A stretch of 64,000 nt of DNA. Origin: Dendrobates tinctorius. Its lineage: Eukaryota. The stretch's first letter is position 1; every line of letters starts with the position of its first letter. The notes beneath the pieces were generated by a model. It searched no databases. It had not been told where the DNA came from and worked only from the letters and a program-made list of their open reading frames with translations. The stretch covers positions 1,302,001 to 1,366,000 of the forward strand of contig NW_027361819.1 in the NCBI RefSeq assembly GCF_039654945.1, read 5' to 3'. A program made the translations under genes and the position numbers. Positions 60,301-64,000 of this stretch are shown piece after piece.

Positions 60301-63300
60301 TACACACACGGCTCCGCTCCGTACACATGGCTCCGCTCCGTACACCTTGTACACACGGCTCCGCTCCGTACACCTCATACTCACGGCTCCGCTCCGTACA
60401 CATGCGGCTCCGCTCCGTACACCTCGTACACACACGGCTCTGCTCCGTACACCTCGTACATATTCGGCTCTGCTCCGGACACCTCGTACACACGGCTCTG
60501 CTCAGTACACCTCGTACACACGGCTCTGCTCAGTACACCTCGTACACACACTGCTCTGCTCCGTACACCTCGTACACACACGGCTCTGCTCCGTACACCT
60601 CATACACACACGGCTCTGCTCTGTACACCTCGTACACACACGGCTCTGCTCTGTACACCTCGTACACACACGGCTCTGCTCAGTACACCTCATACACACA
60701 CTGCTCTACTCCGTACAACTCGTACACACACTGCTCTGCTCCGTACACCACGTACACACACTGCTCTGCTCCGTACACCTCGTACACACACGGCTCCGCT
60801 CCGTACACCTCGTACACACACGGCTCCGCTCCGTACACCTCGTGCACACACGGCTCCGCTCCGTACACCTCGTACACACACAGCTCCGCTCCATACACCT
60901 TGTACACATACGGCTCGACTCCACTTCGTACACCTCGTACACACACGGCTCCGCTCCGTACACCTCGTACACATGGCTCCGCTCCGTACACCTTGTACAC
61001 ACGGCTCCGCTCCGTACACCTCATACTCACGGCTCCGCTCCGTACACACGCGGCTCTGCTCCGTACACCTCGTACACACACGGCTCCGCTCCGTACACCT
61101 CGTACACGCGGCTCCGCTCCGTACACCTCGTACTCACGGCTCCGCTCCGCACACACGCGGCTCTGCTCCGTACACCTCGTACACACACGGCTCCGCTCCG
61201 TACACCTCGTACACGCGGCTCCGCTCCGTACACCTCGTACACGCGGCTCCCGGTGCAGGACATATCATGATCCTCTCACATGGCCGGCATCCCCGATTCC
61301 AAGGCGATCCTGCTGTCCTCTCTGTTGGAGGAGGACATGGTGATGGATCTGAAGCATTCCTAGTTCCCTCACAATCTCCTCATGAAATTACCTAATTTCC
61401 GGTCAGCTTCCAGCACATCACTTCCGGTGGACCGTCATGTGTGAGTTTTAAAATGCTCCTCTGGGCTCCACCGTGTACTCCTGGGTCCGTGGGAAAAGCC
61501 CACTTTGTATGCTTCGTACACACTTGGCTCTGCTCCGTACATCCAGTACACATATGGCTCCACTCCGTACACACGACTCCGGTCCGTACACCCCGTACAC
61601 ACGTGGCTCCACTCAGTACACCAAGTACACACACGGCTCCAGTCCGTACACCTCGTACACGTGCGGCTCTGCTCCATACACACGGCTCTGCTCCGTACAC
61701 CTCGTACACGTGCGGCTCTGCTCCATACACACGGCTCCCCTCCGTACACCTCGTATACACACGGCTCTGCTCCGTACACCTTGTACACATGGCTCCGCTG
61801 CGTACACCTCGTACACACACGGCTCCGCTCTGTACACCTCGTACACACACGGCTCCTCTCCGTACACCTCGTACAAACGTGGCTCCGCTCCATATACCTC
61901 GTACACACGCGGTTCCGCTCCGTACACCTCATACACACGCGGCTCCGCTCCGTACACCTCATACACATACGGCTCGACTCCACTCCGTACAACTCGTACA
62001 CACACGGCTCCGCTCCGTACACCTCGTACACATGGCTCCGCTCCGTACACCTTGTACACACGGCTCCGCTCCGTACACCTCATACTCACGGCTCCGCTCC
62101 GTACACATGCGGCTCCGCTCCGTACACCTCGTACACACACGGCTCTGCTCCGTACACCTCGTACATATTCGGCTCTGCTCCGGACACCTCGTACACACGG
62201 CTCTGCTCAGTACACCTCGTACACACACGGCTCTGCTCCGTACACCTCGTACACACACGGCTCTGCTCTGTACACCTCGTACACACACGGCTCTGCTCCG
62301 GACACCTCGTACACACGGCTCTGCTCAGTACACCTCATACACACACTGCTCTACTCCGTACAACTCGTACACACACTGCTCTGCTCCGTACACCACGTAC
62401 ACACACTGCTCTGCTCCGTACACCTCGTACACACGGCTCCGCTCCGTACACCTCGTACACACACGGCTCCGCTCCGTACACCTCGTGCACACACGGCTCC
62501 GCTCCGTACACCTCGTGCACACACAGCTCCGCTCCATACACCTTGTACACACGGCTCTGCTCCATACACCTCGTACACATATGGCTCGACTCCACTCCGT
62601 ACACCTCGTACACACACGGCTCCGCTCCGTACACATGGCTCCGCTCCGTACACCTTGTACACACGGCTCCGCTCCGTACACCTCATACTCACGGCTCCGC
62701 TCCGTACACACGCGGCTCTGCTCCGTACACCTCGTACACACACGGCTCCGCTCCATACACCTAGTACACGCGGCTCCGCTCCGTACACCTCGTAAACGCG
62801 GCTCCGCTCCGTACACCTCGTACTCACGGCTCTGCTCCGTACACACGCGGCTCTGCTCTGTACACCTCGTACACACACGGCTCCGCTCCGTACACCTCGT
62901 ACACGCGGCTCCCGGTGCAGGACATATCATGATCCTCTCACATGGCCGGCATCCCCGATTCCAAGGCGATCCTGCTGTCCTCGCTGTCGGAGGAGGACAT
63001 GGTGATGGATCTGAAGCATTCCTAGTTCCCTCACAATCTCCTCATGAAATTACCTAATTTCCGGTCAGCTTCCAGCACATCACTTCCGGTGGACCGTCAT
63101 GTGTGAGTTTTAAAATGCTCCTCTGGGCTCCACCGTGTACTCCTGGGTCCGTGGGAAAAGCCCACTTTGTATGCTTCGTACACACTTGGCTCTGCTCCGT
63201 ACATCCAGTACACATATGGCTCCACTCCGTACACACGACTCCGGTCCGTACACCCCGTACACACGTGGCTCCACTCCGTACACCAAGTACACACACGGCT

Positions 63301-64000
63301 CCAGTCCGTACACCTCGTACACGTGCGGCTCTGCTCCATACACACGGCTCTGCTCCGTACACCTTGTACACATGGCTCCGCTGTGTACACCTCGTACACA
63401 CACGGCTCCTCTCCGTACACCTCGTACACACGCGGCTCCGCTCCGTACACTTCGTACACACGCGATTCCGCTCCGTACACCTCATACACACGCGGCTCCG
63501 CTCCGTACACCTCATACACATACGGCTCGACTCCACTCCGTACACCTCGTACACACACGGCTCCGCTCCGTACACCTCGTACACATGGCTCCGCTCCGTA
63601 CACCTTCTACTCACGGCTCCGCTCCGTACACCTCATACTCACGGCTCCGCTCCGTACACATGCGGCTCCGCTCCGTACACCTTGTACACACACGGCTCTG
63701 CTCCGTACACCTCGTACATATTCGGCTCTGCTCAGTACACCTCGTACACACACGGCTCTGCTCCGTACACCTCGTACACACACGGCTCTGCTCCGTACAC
63801 CTCGTACACACACGGCTCTGCTCCGTACACCTCGTACACACACGGCTCTGCTCCGTACACCTCGTACACACACGGCTCTGCTCCGTACACCTCGTACACA
63901 CACGGCTCTGCTCCGTACACCTCGTACACACACGGCTCTGCTCCGTACACCTCGTACACACACGGCTCTGCTCCGTACACCTCGTACACACACGGCTCCG
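57379..64000. repeat. Higher-order satellite: ~270-bp constant head plus a variable ~28-30-bp minisatellite
   Basis: Heads at 57379, 58898, 61247 and 62909 (periods 1519, 2349, 1662). Subunit CACGGCTCTGCTCCGTACACCTCGTACACA. Confidence 0.97.

Noticed and set aside
57524-63993. Long ORFs (up to 767 aa) in several frames on both strands
   Set aside because: They are translations of a stop-poor minisatellite, open in multiple frames at once, with no domain.

Overview
This is eukaryotic, repeat-rich vertebrate DNA. The V-SINEs, TTAA/AGG T2-type MITEs and single-exon TRIM genes point to an anuran amphibian (inference). The backbone is a tandem cluster of five same-strand TRIM E3-ligase paralogues with intronless coding regions (RING-Bbox1-Bbox2-coiled coil-PRY/SPRY; starts 8074, 18431, 25549, 41035, 54084). 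Three are intact. The two outer copies carry different frameshifts within a few bases of the same LDYEAG motif. The paralogues form a mosaic: identical RING DNA, two alternating B-box types and hypervariable SPRY loops. The intergenic DNA is nested transposons: five solo LTRs (four with perfect TSDs), a full-length dead Tc1, mariner, Chapaev-like and Penelope fragments, hAT/Harbinger/Kolobok MITEs, V-SINEs, minisatellites and a higher-order satellite at the right end. The most unexpected element is a ~394-bp non-coding unit (45257-45739) with a complete type I hammerhead ribozyme, extensive self-complementarity and an snRNA-type octamer, i.e. a retrozyme/newt satellite-2-like element. Further degenerate hammerheads occur in Penelope-like remnants.
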